A stretch of 64,000 nucleotides of DNA from an uncultured Desulfatitalea sp. (GCA_963668675.2 CAXXMB010000001.1:1472001-1536000), one strand, 5' to 3'; counted from the stretch's first letter, positions 49,028-59,444 are shown. Numbers and translations are program-made. Notes: generated by a model from the letters alone, not told the origin.

Positions 49028-49456
49028 CTATTGCCCCACCAGCGCTCTGTAATCTTTCAGGATCGGTGCATATGCCCTGCCGAACAGGCTGCTTGAGATC
49101 ATGAAATCGGCAGTTGCCCGGTTGCAGGCCACGGCCACGTTGTAAAGCACGGACATGCGCAGCAGAGCCTTGACGTCCACATCGTGGGGTTGGGCCGTCA
49201 TCGGATCCCAGAAGAAGATCAATATATCCAGCTCTTCGTTGGCGATCATGGCCCCCAGTTGCTGATCGCCGCCCAGGGGGCCGCTTTTTAGCCGGTGAAT
49301 CTGCATCGAAAGGTTTTCCGCAATAACTTTGCCGGTGGTGCCGGTGGCAAACAGATGATGTCGTGACAGCGTTTCTGCATTGAAGCGGACCCACTCCAGC
49401 AGATCCTTCTTGCGTTCGTCGTGGGCCACAAGGGCAATGCGCTTGAGCTTCTCCAC
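49028..49456 (-). CDS. mgsA: Methylglyoxal synthase
   Basis: IALVAHD, ATGTTG, SGPLGGDQQ, FFWDP...QPHDVD; GTG start with GGAGG RBS. Confidence 0.96.
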   Translation of the reverse strand: MEKLKRIALVAHDERKKDLLEWVRFNAETLSRHHLFATGTTGKVIAENLSMQIHRLKSGPLGGDQQLGAMIANEELDILIFFWDPMTAQPHDVDVKALLRMSVLYNVAVACNRATADFMISSSLFGRAYAPILKDYRALVGQ

Positions 49457-49466
49457 GATCTCCTCC

Positions 49467-49865
49467 CTAATTTTTCTTTCGATAGAGCAACTCGATGGAG
49501 ACGCCATCAGGCGCCTGAATAAAGGCAATACGCAGCTCGGGCCCGAAGTCCATGGGGTCGAGATCGAAAACGACGCCCCTGCTTTTCAACTGGCTGCAAT
49601 AATCGTCAAAATCGGTGTCGACCTGAAAACCGTAGTGATCGATTCCCCACTGCAAACCGCCTTTGTCTGATGCCGATTCGCCAGTCCGCTGTCCGCGTAT
49701 AATGATGGTAGCACCTTCAAACTGCACGAGGACCTGAGGAGCACCGCGCACTTCGGTGCTAGCCGTGATGCGGCCATCGAGTTTTTCGACATACCAATCG
49801 GCAGCCTTAACGGGGTCTCGACTGAGCAGGTGGATATGGTCGAAGGAGATTCGGGGGGTCGCCAT
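49467..49865 (-). CDS. VOC (glyoxalase) family protein
   Basis: FDHIHL, IDHYGF, FIQAPDGVSIEL. Confidence 0.88.
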   Translation of the reverse strand: MATPRISFDHIHLLSRDPVKAADWYVEKLDGRITASTEVRGAPQVLVQFEGATIIIRGQRTGESASDKGGLQWGIDHYGFQVDTDFDDYCSQLKSRGVVFDLDPMDFGPELRIAFIQAPDGVSIELLYRKKN

Positions 49866-49909
49866 TTTTTTCTTCCTTTCCTCTGAAGTTGACTTTTCGG
49901 TATGTGCCA

Positions 49910-50770
49910 TCAGTCACTCTGTTTCAAGGGAATTTTAGATTCGCAGGGGACGCCGGTCTGGCAAAGGCCGCAGCCGTATCCGTCGAAGCCGAAATGAGCC
50001 TTCACGTATTTCGCTGTCTTACGAACGTATTGATAACAGAGCATCTTGTCTTTGCCGGCTTCGGTGATAGCGCCGGCCGGGCATCGTTCGGCGCACTTTT
50101 TACAGATACCTTTGCTGAAAAAAAGGCAGTAGGCCTGATGGTCGTCATAAGGCCTTTGTGTTGGCGGTATCTTGAGCTGGGCCACCACCGACCCGGTGCG
50201 CATCGCTTTGCCCACGGGCGTAATCAATCCGTCGCACAGGCTGAAGGTTCCCAGGCCGGCGGCATAGGCCGCATGGCGCTCGGACCAAGTCGAAGCGAAG
50301 CCGTACTTGGGTGACAGCCGCATGCTGAACTGTGGCGTCAAGAGCGGCGCCACGGCCCGGCAACCGTCACTTTTCAACGCGGCCACCAGGTGCTTGCGCA
50401 GCTTGACATTGACCTCCTCGCCGAAAATTCGCGCCCGGGCCCATCGTTCGGAGGGCCAGGCATCCTCTTTTCGGTTGTCAGCTTTGGTTGCCTCGGTCTG
50501 GGGCAGGATGTAGCTGATGACGGTGAGCTCTTCCGGCGTAACCGTTGGATCGCCAAAGGTGAGGGCAAAAATCTCCCAGGGGGTCAAATGAAAGGGGCCG
50601 ACGTGCTCCTTATAATCTTCGAAAATGGGGTCGTCGCCGCTTGCAAAACCGACCAGGGGTTTGTCGAAGGCCTTCTCCCCAGCCGGGTTCTCGAGTGTGT
50701 TTTCCGGTGAGCTGTCGATAAATGTTTCGGCGACACTTCTGATCCAATCGGCGTCGATCTGTTGCCTCAT
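49910..50770 (-). CDS. Epoxyqueuosine reductase (QueG)-like 2x[4Fe-4S] protein
   Basis: GFASGDDP.F, WSERHAAYAAGLG.F, CKKCAERCP, GCGLCQTGVPCE. Confidence 0.8.
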   Translation of the reverse strand: MRQQIDADWIRSVAETFIDSSPENTLENPAGEKAFDKPLVGFASGDDPIFEDYKEHVGPFHLTPWEIFALTFGDPTVTPEELTVISYILPQTEATKADNRKEDAWPSERWARARIFGEEVNVKLRKHLVAALKSDGCRAVAPLLTPQFSMRLSPKYGFASTWSERHAAYAAGLGTFSLCDGLITPVGKAMRTGSVVAQLKIPPTQRPYDDHQAYCLFFSKGICKKCAERCPAGAITEAGKDKMLCYQYVRKTAKYVKAHFGFDGYGCGLCQTGVPCESKIPLKQSD

Positions 50771-50815
50771 GTTTTTCCCCTTTCCCACGATGTGATTGCT
50801 TTGAGTGCTCTCTCT

Positions 50816-50836
50816 GGGCGAGCCTTATGTTCGCCC
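50816..50836 (-). repeat. REP-like palindrome, copy 3
   Basis: Minus strand GGGCGAACATAAGGCTCGCCC. Confidence 0.5.
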
Positions 50837-50884
50837 TAAGCTTTCAGCATAGGCGCTCTATTTTTGCCCAGCATCAGACCCATT

Positions 50885-52312
50885 TCAGAGCGCAGGCCTG
50901 CGATCCTTCCATGGCCGGGCAGATTCCAACTGACCGGCCAGGCGAAACAGGGTGGCCTCTTCGCCGAAACGGGCCGAAAAAAGCATGCCGATCGGCAGGT
51001 TCTCTTTGCTCCAGCATAACGGTACGGACATGGAGGGTTGTCCGGTGGCGTTGAACAGGCCGGTGAATCCGAAATAGCTATAGAGGCGGCCCAAATAGCC
51101 GCGTACATCCTCTGATTGGGTGTCGAGATAGCCCAGGGGGACCGGCGGCTTCAACAGCACCGGGCTCAGGAGGATGTCGTAGGATTCGAAGAAACGCGCC
51201 ACCTGCCGTCCGGTATGGTGAATGGTTTCGATCGCTTTAATCAACTCCGGCGCACTGGCTTCTCTTCCGCTCTCGGCGGCGCGCCTGGTGACATACTCAA
51301 TATCCCTGTCGCCCAAGTCGCGGCCCAGTTGCGCGAGCCGTCCGTCAACCATGGCGGCCGTGTTGGCATTGATGATGGTGACCACGGCCTCCTGTAGGCG
51401 ATCGGCGTCGACGTGGGGCGCCGCTTCGCTGACCGTGTGGCCCAGATCGGTACAGAGCTGTGCGGTATCTTTCAGGGCCGCAACACACGCCTCATCAGCC
51501 TTAACGCCGCTGGGGGCGGTGGCGGTCATGGCAATACGTAAGGAACCTGGGGACTGAGACACTTCGGCCAGGAAGGAGCCGTCTGCGGCGGGCGCCCCAT
51601 GAGGATCTCCCAGGGAGCGTCCGGATGAGATGTCCAGAAAAAGGGCGCTGTCCCTCACCGAGCGTGAAATGACATGGTCGGTGCTCATACCGTTCCACCC
51701 TTCTCCCTGGGGAGGACCAGCGGGAATGCGACCACGGGTCGGCTTGAGCCCGAAGAGCCCGCAGCAGGATGCGGGGATACGAATCGAACCGCCGCCGTCG
51801 GAGGCGTGGGCCACCGGCACCATGCCGGAAGCCACTGCTGCTGCTGCCCCTCCGCTCGATCCACCTGTCGATCTTGTCTTATCCCAAGGATTTCGACATG
51901 CGCCATAAAGCGCAGGTTCGGTGGTGATGGTCAGGCCGAACTCCGGTGTATTGGTCTTGCCCATCACCACCAGACCGGCCTTTCGATAGCGCTCGACCAG
52001 CGTGCTGTCATGTTCGGCCATGAAGTCGGCGAAGAGCCGACTGCCGAAGCTGGTCGCAAACCCTGTATACAGAAGCCCCAGATCCTTGAGCAGCAGCGGG
52101 ACGCCCCTTAGCGGACCGTCCGGCAAACCGGCCTCGATGCGACTGCGGGCCTCTTCGTACATGGGCAGAACCACCGCATTGAGGACAGGGTTGTGACGAT
52201 CCACCCGTTCAATGGCGCACTCCAGCAGTTCCATGGGCGTCACATCTCCCTTTCGTACCAATTCGGCCAACCCCATTGCATCGTAGGTTTCATAATCGTT
52301 CAAGTTACTCAT
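50885..52312 (-). CDS. Amidase signature family enzyme
   Basis: [34 protein letters not shown] (Ser-cisSer-Lys triad). Confidence 0.95.
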   Translation of the reverse strand: MSNLNDYETYDAMGLAELVRKGDVTPMELLECAIERVDRHNPVLNAVVLPMYEEARSRIEAGLPDGPLRGVPLLLKDLGLLYTGFATSFGSRLFADFMAEHDSTLVERYRKAGLVVMGKTNTPEFGLTITTEPALYGACRNPWDKTRSTGGSSGGAAAAVASGMVPVAHASDGGGSIRIPASCCGLFGLKPTRGRIPAGPPQGEGWNGMSTDHVISRSVRDSALFLDISSGRSLGDPHGAPAADGSFLAEVSQSPGSLRIAMTATAPSGVKADEACVAALKDTAQLCTDLGHTVSEAAPHVDADRLQEAVVTIINANTAAMVDGRLAQLGRDLGDRDIEYVTRRAAESGREASAPELIKAIETIHHTGRQVARFFESYDILLSPVLLKPPVPLGYLDTQSEDVRGYLGRLYSYFGFTGLFNATGQPSMSVPLCWSKENLPIGMLFSARFGEEATLFRLAGQLESARPWKDRRPAL

Positions 52313-52364
52313 CTGTCACTCCTCTCATCGTAATTGGTAAACACGAATGTTTGCGCCCTTACCG

Positions 52365-52730
52365 TCACTCCAGAGATTGGTAGCAATCGGAGCGAAACGG
52401 CGGTGAACACACGGCATAGAAAAGAAGATCCTCCCTGCCGTTGTTTTCAATGCGCTGGCATTCGCCTGCGGGAATGCGAACCACATCGCCCGCAACAACA
52501 TCGACCGGAGGGGCGTCGCCGATCTGCACCCTCCCCCGGCCGCTGACGATAATGTATCGTTCGGCGATGCCATCCAGTTTGTGCCAGGCCGTGGTGATAC
52601 CCGGCTCGACCCTTGCCCGGGCGATGGAGAGATGCTCATCCCCCTCATCATTTGCGATCTCCTTGATATGGCATCGCTCTTGGGTGGTGAACTCCACGGC
52701 ATCCCGGTCCCGTTTGATCTCAGAGCGCAT
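52365..52730 (-). CDS. Cupin domain protein
   Basis: PG..T.WH.L....ERY.I.SG.G, GDVV.IP, I.N.G...L.F..VC.P. Confidence 0.88.
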   Translation of the reverse strand: MRSEIKRDRDAVEFTTQERCHIKEIANDEGDEHLSIARARVEPGITTAWHKLDGIAERYIIVSGRGRVQIGDAPPVDVVAGDVVRIPAGECQRIENNGREDLLFYAVCSPPFRSDCYQSLE

Positions 52731-52846
52731 GATGTTCTCTCCATCTGTCGAAAATTACAGAGATCCACTCAACTTTCTGAACGCTGTTCATAATTATCCA
52801 ATATACAGAGGAGCGACAGGAAAAGCAAAGGGGGGGTCGAAAAGAA

Positions 52847-54232
52847 TTAGCTGGAGGGGTGCACGGGCAGTTGGATCTCAACCATCAATCCACCCCCGGG
52901 ACGATTTTTGGCCTGGATTTGTCCTTTGTGCATGGAGACAGCGCGGTTGGCGATAGCCAGTCCCAATCCCGCCCCCCCGCTGGCCCGGGGAGGCTGGTTG
53001 ACCGCCCGGTAGAAAGGCTGAAACATGTTCCTCAGCTCTTCATCGGTCACGCCGGGCCCGGCATCTGAGATGTTCACCACGGCCGCCTTTTGCCCTCCAG
53101 GTTCGGCAACGACCTTCTGGACGATTTCAACCTGGGTGCCGACAGGCGCAAACCGCAGGGCGTTGCGCACCACGTTCTCGATGGCGCTGCGCACCAGGTT
53201 GCCATCCGCGCTTAGGGTGCACCTCTGCTCACATGTAAAGGAGACGGAACAGTCGCGCGACTGTCCCTCGAAGCGCGCATCCTGTGCAACGCGGGTGATG
53301 ATCTTCTCCAGTTCAACGGAACGCATCTGCATCGCCATATCGGCGTTCTCCAGGCGGGAGAGGGTGAGCAACTGGGTGATCAGACGGCTAAGCTTGTCCG
53401 TCTCCTGGCCGATGCGCAGAAGGAATCGCCTGGCCTCCTCACCGGTATGCTTCTTGGATATTTCGAACGCCACATTGAGGCGTGTCAGGGGCGAACGCAA
53501 CTCGTGGGCCACATCGCGCAACAGCCGCTCATGGGCATTCATCAGGGTTTCGATGCGGGTGGCCATTGCATCGAAGTCCTTGCCCAGATTGGCGATCTCA
53601 TCCTTGCGCTTGCCGATTTGGTGGCCGACCCGGACGCTCAGCTCTCCCTGGGCGAATCGCCGCACGGCAGTCTGCAGTTTTTTGATCGGAGCGGCCAGAT
53701 GCCGCGTGAGAAGCAAACACACCAACCCGGAGGCGGCCAGCGCTGCCAGCAATCGCATGATGTGCCCCCTGCTCAATGTGAAGAAGTAGCGCAGCACCCC
53801 CATGGGCAGTTCGAGTATGGCCACATAGGACCGGCCGCTGCTGCTGGTTGTCTTTACCGCGATCAGCGGATGGCTGAAGAGGTTCTTGAACTGGGGCGAA
53901 ACGCCCGTAAGTGTTTGTAATGCCAGTTCCTTACCTCCAGCCGGCAGGCTTGCTGCACGCAGCGCTTTGCCTTGATCGTTGACCAGGTAGAGGTGAAATG
54001 CGGAGATGGTTTCGATATTGCTCAGCAGATCACCCAAGGCATCGGGATCTCCGCGTTCATGCATATCGGCGCCGAGGCGACCGGTGGTGGAGAGGTTGTA
54101 CATGAAGTAATTGGTGGCCTGGACCACGAAGGTCTGGGAGGGGAAGAAGATGGTAACGCCCATGATGGCGATGCCCGAGACGATAATCGCCAGCCAGAAC
54201 CACAGAAAAATTTTGAGGGAGAGACTGTGCAC
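52847..54232 (-). CDS. HAMP-domain sensor histidine kinase (CpxA-like)
   Basis: KIFLWFW start, two TMs, HAMP, HELRSPL, ENVVRNA, DAGPG, GGAGLGLAI. Confidence 0.93.
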   Translation of the reverse strand: MHSLSLKIFLWFWLAIIVSGIAIMGVTIFFPSQTFVVQATNYFMYNLSTTGRLGADMHERGDPDALGDLLSNIETISAFHLYLVNDQGKALRAASLPAGGKELALQTLTGVSPQFKNLFSHPLIAVKTTSSSGRSYVAILELPMGVLRYFFTLSRGHIMRLLAALAASGLVCLLLTRHLAAPIKKLQTAVRRFAQGELSVRVGHQIGKRKDEIANLGKDFDAMATRIETLMNAHERLLRDVAHELRSPLTRLNVAFEISKKHTGEEARRFLLRIGQETDKLSRLITQLLTLSRLENADMAMQMRSVELEKIITRVAQDARFEGQSRDCSVSFTCEQRCTLSADGNLVRSAIENVVRNALRFAPVGTQVEIVQKVVAEPGGQKAAVVNISDAGPGVTDEELRNMFQPFYRAVNQPPRASGGAGLGLAIANRAVSMHKGQIQAKNRPGGGLMVEIQLPVHPSS

Positions 54233-54264
54233 CCGGCAACCTCTTTCGGCATGTCCGATAGAAT

Positions 54265-54987
54265 TTATCGCGAGGGAGTCATATCATCTGTGGCGTAGAC
54301 ATAACCTTCGCCGCGGATCGACTTGATGGGATTTGCGGCACCAGCCGCCGATCCCAGTTTCTTTCTCAGCTTGCTAACATGGACATCGATGCTGCGGTCG
54401 TCTGGTGAATAGTCCCGCCCCAATACCTCTCGATTCAGCTCCTCGCGGCTCACCACCTCGCCAGGGCTTGAGAGCAGGGCCTTGAGCAGACTAAATTCGG
54501 CGGCAGTCAGCTCAATCTCGGCGCCACTGCGCATGACCCGGCGGGAGAGCAGCTCCATCTCTATCCCTCCGACACAGAGGCGCCTGTTTTCACTGCCCTG
54601 CCCTTGGGCGCTCCCCTCTTTTTTAATCCGCCGCAAGATGGCCCGAATCCTGGCCACCAGCTCACGTGGATTAAACGGCTTGCCCAGATAGTCATCCGCC
54701 CCGATCTCCAACCCCACGATGCGGTCCACCTCATCGCTGCGGGCGGTGAGCATCAGTACCGGTACTTCGCTCTGTTTCCGGATCTTCTGCAGCACCTCAA
54801 AGCCGTTGGCACCTGGCAGCATGACATCCAAAACAATCAGTGCATAGTCGCCCGAACGCGCCATGTCGGCGCCTTCAATGCCGTGATGGCAGGTATCAAT
54901 CCCAAACCCTTCGTCCGTAAGATACTCTTCGAGCAGCGCACACAGTTCGGTGTCATCGTCAATCAGCAATAGTGTTTCAGAAGTCAT
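54265..54987 (-). CDS. OmpR-family response regulator (CpxR-like)
   Basis: IDDD, LDVMLP, GADDY..KPF.PREL, DRSIDVHVSKLRKK, RGEGY. Confidence 0.95.
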   Translation of the reverse strand: MTSETLLLIDDDTELCALLEEYLTDEGFGIDTCHHGIEGADMARSGDYALIVLDVMLPGANGFEVLQKIRKQSEVPVLMLTARSDEVDRIVGLEIGADDYLGKPFNPRELVARIRAILRRIKKEGSAQGQGSENRRLCVGGIEMELLSRRVMRSGAEIELTAAEFSLLKALLSSPGEVVSREELNREVLGRDYSPDDRSIDVHVSKLRKKLGSAAGAANPIKSIRGEGYVYATDDMTPSR

Positions 54988-55115
54988 ACGCTTTACCCGG
55001 AGCTTCGTCGTGACCGGCGCCGCCCTTCATTTAAACTTGACACTTCCCGCTTATAGCCTCCGGCAATGCCGGTGTATTATGATTATCACCTTACCACCGT
55101 TCGAACAACTTGGGT

Positions 55116-55171
55116 GTTAAGTTTTGTAAATAAACATTGCCCTTTCTTTACGCTATTTTGCATTACTTAAC
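55116..55171. promoter_or_regulatory. CpxR-type direct-repeat boxes
   Basis: GTTAA-N5-GTAAA (55116-55130) and opposite-orientation TTTAC-N5-TTTGC-N5-TTAAC (55147-55171). Confidence 0.6.
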
Positions 55172-55364
55172 TTCACATCTCGACACACTGGCGATAGGTA
55201 TGGAGCATAACGATTCCATCAAGCGAAGGAGACGGAATGCACAAAATAGGGCCTCGTCGCCAATATATAGCCATCCAACGGCTCACGGAAATGTGGTCTG
55301 GCTTCGACCGGGGCGGCCGCGGCAGGGAAGTTCCACAACCGCAATAACACAAAGGAGGAGATCG

Positions 55365-56153
55365 ATGAAAAAATTGACAACACTGATTGCCGTAATCTCT
55401 TGCTGCGCCCTGCTGGCGTGTGGCACTGGAGGAACCACCGACGGAGGATCGCTGGACACCTCGGATGAATTGACAACAAGGGAGCAGGCCGAGATCGTCG
55501 CTTCCGCCCTCTCATCGGATCAAGGCGGCCTTGGAGAGGACATCGAAATCATCGCAGACATTCCGAACCAGGCGACCCGCCAGAGCGTCGGCAGTGAACT
55601 GGAGCGCGATGCCAATGCATTCCTTACGGTATCGGCCTCGCTCTACTTCTATGACAGCGAGGGCAACCTCCAAGAAGAATACGATGCGGCTACCACTGAC
55701 AGGATCGACTACGAAAGCTCGATCGAGGGCGACTTCACCAGCGCGATCCTCTTTTTCCAGGAACTGGAGATCGACAATTCGTCCGACCTCATGGTGAACG
55801 ACCTTCTTTCGGACATCATCACCATCGACGGCAGTCACAGCAACCGCTCCTCCTATCGACGAATCAACCCGATTCTCCTTTCCGAAGTGACCTTCGACCT
55901 GGATTGCAACCTGTTGATCGCGGGCCTTACGGTTGACCTCACTGCGATCGACACCTTTCCCGAATCCGGAACCATCGAGGGGTCGATCTCCGGTACATAC
56001 GAACGCGACATGCCGTTCAGTCACGTGACCAAGCGGCTCCACTTCGATTTTATCGCCGTTTACCAAGGCGATAACACCGCGGAGGTGGAGTTGAGCAACG
56101 GGACGATCTTCAGGATCCACCTCGTTACCGGTGAGGTGATGGATCTGGACTAA
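55365..56153 (+). CDS. Acidic lipoprotein of unknown function
   Basis: AAGGAGGAG RBS; MKK signal with lipobox LLAC; acidic, beta-rich body. Confidence 0.82.
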   Translation: MKKLTTLIAVISCCALLACGTGGTTDGGSLDTSDELTTREQAEIVASALSSDQGGLGEDIEIIADIPNQATRQSVGSELERDANAFLTVSASLYFYDSEGNLQEEYDAATTDRIDYESSIEGDFTSAILFFQELEIDNSSDLMVNDLLSDIITIDGSHSNRSSYRRINPILLSEVTFDLDCNLLIAGLTVDLTAIDTFPESGTIEGSISGTYERDMPFSHVTKRLHFDFIAVYQGDNTAEVELSNGTIFRIHLVTGEVMDLD

Positions 56154-56612
56154 TCGACGAAATAGCATGATACAGCGCTTCTCTGTCGCCCTTGGCGGGA
56201 TGGGGAAGCGCCATTTGTCTGCGCCCGGACCTGTCCATCTGTCATCCGGGCGTCTCGAATTCTCCCCTTCCGCTATTTCCCCCTCCTTGGCTTGAGACCG
56301 TTCGACCCGCCGCCCTAAAACCGGCTTTCTCCGGATCACAAATCCCCACCGAGGCCGATATGCCACTGTTCAAAAGCGGACTTGCTCATTTTGGCATGAT
56401 TTTATATATATAGGTCCATCAGTCAAGAAACCCACCAACGGGTTTTCAATAAGATTGCTACCGTTAAAACAGAATACCGAAACGCGCATTGGGGATTGCC
56501 GCCCGTTTCCAGGACAGAGGCGGAACGGATGCTCGAACAGATAATCGCTGACTGGGCGGCCATCCCAAAGAAAAACTAACGAATTGTTATTATAGCAAAA
56601 AAACATTTCACC

Positions 56613-59195
56613 ATGCTAAAAAAGATTCTTGTTGCACCGATCATCCAAATTGCGATCCTCACGCTACTCATACTGGTCGGCATGGTCTCCTCCATCTGCC
56701 CCTGGGCCGCGTTGGAAAACGCCAACTATAACTTCTGGTCCGCCCATTTCCGAGCGCCGGACCATCAACCCATCGCGATCGTGGCGATCGACGAAAAGAG
56801 CATCATCCAACTCGGGGACTGGCCCTGGCCCCGCGCTCGCATCGCTTCGATGGTGCAACTCCTCTCTGCACACGGGGCCGCAGCCCAGGGCATCTGCCTC
56901 TTGTACGCACATCCGGACCAGAATCCCGGCCTCGTCGAGATCAAACTGTTGCGAGAGAAGGTGGCCAAACAGAAGTGGCCGGGTGGAAAACGGGCGGCCC
57001 AACAGATCGACCGCATGCTGGAAGCGGCGCAGAGAGAGTTGAACCAGGATAGGGAGCTGATCAACACCATTCGCAAGGCGAAAAATGTGGTGCTTCCGAT
57101 CCGTTTGACATCCCAGGGGGCAATGCCTCCGACGGATGCGGTACAGGGCATGCTGGTGATCAACTCCTTCGGCGCCGATTCCCTGCCCATCGAGGGAGAT
57201 GCGGACGCATGGTCCTTAAACCGCCTCCTCGCCGGCCCCCAGAAGGGGCCGCAAAGTGCCCGTGGTATTATCCAGACCTTTGACGAACTGGCCAAGAAAT
57301 CGGGTGCCCTGGGGCATGTCAACATCTATGAGGACGCAGACGGATCGGTGCGCCACGCACCGCTGCTAATCGATTTCGGGGAGCGTATCTTTCCCAGCTT
57401 TGCCCTGCAACTGGCCATCAAGCACATCGACGGTAAGCTATGGAATTTAAAGGTGAGCCAAGACTTTTTCGGTTTTCCCATCCTGAACATCAAGCACCTT
57501 CATCTGTCGACGGACAGCAGCCACCAGGTGATGGTCAATCTGAACCGGGAGTGGACCGACCAACGGACCTACTCATTTGCCGATGTGCTCGACGGGACCA
57601 TCGATGCTGAGCTGTTTAAAGATAAAATTGTTCTGATTGGGCTGACCGACCCCGACGCAACCCAAACCTACCGTATCAGAACCAACGAGAAGGCCTCGGC
57701 TGTGGAGATTCACGCCAATCTCCTGGCAGGCCTTCTCTCTAATGTGAATCTCTCCAGACCCTCCTGGGCCCACTGGCTGGAGCTGATGGTACTGCTTTAC
57801 TTCGCATTTTTTCTCATCTTTTTTATCCCCCGGGTAAATGCCCCGGTCGGCGGCGCCATACTGGCCCTCTTTATGGCCACCTGGTATGCCATGGGAGCCA
57901 TCCTTTTGATGGGCTACGGCTACTGGATCAAAATGTACGCCCCGATTCTGCTGGCCTGCATCGGCTTTCTGGCCATTCAGTGGACCATCGTATCGCGCAA
58001 CCGGCAGCAGGAGAAACTTGAAGCCTACCGCGCCCTCGGGCTGTCGTACCAGGGCCAGGGCATGCTGGACATGGCTTACGATAAATACATGCAGTGTCCG
58101 GTTGAGGACGAAACGGTCAAGAACCTGCTCTATAATCTGGCCCTCGACTTCGAACGAAAACGAATGTTCAACCGGGCTCTGGCCATCTACGAGCACATCT
58201 GTGCGAATGGGACCTTCAAGGATATCGAAAAACGCAGGGAACGCCTAAAACCCCTGGACAGCACCATCGCATTGAGCGTCAATGGCCCCCGTAGCGAGAC
58301 GCCCCTCATGATGGATGACACTGGAATCAAACCGACCTTCGGACGCTACGAAATCACCCAGGAGCTGGGGCGGGGCTCCATGGGCACGGTCTACCTGGGC
58401 CGGGATCCTAAAATCAACCGTGAAGTGGCGATCAAAACACTGGAATATTCAGAGGTTTCGCCGAGGGAACTCGAAGAGGTCAAGGCGCGCTTTTTCAGGG
58501 AGGCAGAAGCGGCCGGCAAACTGGCCCACCCCAACATCGTCTCCATCTTCGATGTGGGTGAAGAGCACGACATGGCCTATATCGCCATGGAGCTTCTCAG
58601 TGGCGACGACCTGACCCACCACTGCCAGATGGATAACCTGCTGCCCTTTGACAGCACTCTGGACATCATCGCCGACGTCTCTGCGGCCCTCGATTACGCT
58701 CATGCCCAGGGGGTAGTCCACAGGGATATCAAGCCGGCCAATATCATGGTGCTCGATGACGGACGGGTCAAAGTGACCGATTTCGGCATCGCACAGGTGA
58801 TGGATGCCTCCCAAACCAGCACCGGTGTCATCCTGGGAACCCCCAACTACATGTCGCCCGAGCAGGTCTCCGGCACTCAGGTGGATGGGCGTTCCGATCT
58901 ATTCTCCTTGGGAGTCGTTTTTTACGAACTGCTCTCCGGAACCAAACCTTTCAGGGGCGATTCGATTAATGCCATCATGTACGCCATCAACCACAATGAC
59001 CACATACCGCTGGCCGAAAGCGCCCCCGATGGCCCCGAGTGCTGCAGTGCGATCATCAACCGACTGCTTGCCAAGCAGGCCGATGACCGTTTTTCAAACG
59101 CAGGGGAGCTCCTGGAGGCCATCAAAGCGTGCAGGGCCAGCCTGGATGAAGCGGCCCCCCGCATCGATGCCCCTTCCGAAACGATCAGCGAATGA
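56613..59195 (+). CDS. CHASE2-domain membrane Ser/Thr protein kinase
   Basis: VAIDEKS....G.WPWPR, D.DG.VR, KDKIVLIG, EIHAN, 3 TMs; kinase LGRGSMG.V, VAIK, HRDIKPAN, DFG, GTPNYMSPE. Confidence 0.93.
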   Translation: MLKKILVAPIIQIAILTLLILVGMVSSICPWAALENANYNFWSAHFRAPDHQPIAIVAIDEKSIIQLGDWPWPRARIASMVQLLSAHGAAAQGICLLYAHPDQNPGLVEIKLLREKVAKQKWPGGKRAAQQIDRMLEAAQRELNQDRELINTIRKAKNVVLPIRLTSQGAMPPTDAVQGMLVINSFGADSLPIEGDADAWSLNRLLAGPQKGPQSARGIIQTFDELAKKSGALGHVNIYEDADGSVRHAPLLIDFGERIFPSFALQLAIKHIDGKLWNLKVSQDFFGFPILNIKHLHLSTDSSHQVMVNLNREWTDQRTYSFADVLDGTIDAELFKDKIVLIGLTDPDATQTYRIRTNEKASAVEIHANLLAGLLSNVNLSRPSWAHWLELMVLLYFAFFLIFFIPRVNAPVGGAILALFMATWYAMGAILLMGYGYWIKMYAPILLACIGFLAIQWTIVSRNRQQEKLEAYRALGLSYQGQGMLDMAYDKYMQCPVEDETVKNLLYNLALDFERKRMFNRALAIYEHICANGTFKDIEKRRERLKPLDSTIALSVNGPRSETPLMMDDTGIKPTFGRYEITQELGRGSMGTVYLGRDPKINREVAIKTLEYSEVSPRELEEVKARFFREAEAAGKLAHPNIVSIFDVGEEHDMAYIAMELLSGDDLTHHCQMDNLLPFDSTLDIIADVSAALDYAHAQGVVHRDIKPANIMVLDDGRVKVTDFGIAQVMDASQTSTGVILGTPNYMSPEQVSGTQVDGRSDLFSLGVVFYELLSGTKPFRGDSINAIMYAINHNDHIPLAESAPDGPECCSAIINRLLAKQADDRFSNAGELLEAIKACRASLDEAAPRIDAPSETISE

Positions 59196-59444
59196 GACGG
59201 TTCGCCCGGAAATTTGGACGCTGACACTTCGACAGATCAGACCTTGCCCTGCAAGTGCTGAGGGTATCCATAAATTTGCTTGGGCAATTGCCACCAATTT
59301 GTTACTGTCCTCCTATCGCCGCCCCCAATGCCCAGCATAGGATCGACGGCGGTCCCCAATAGGTATCCTCAGACATCAAGCGATCCGGGACCGGAAACAA
59401 CTCCGTTCCGGAGGATCGCCGAACTCCGGTGAAGGAGACGAGCA

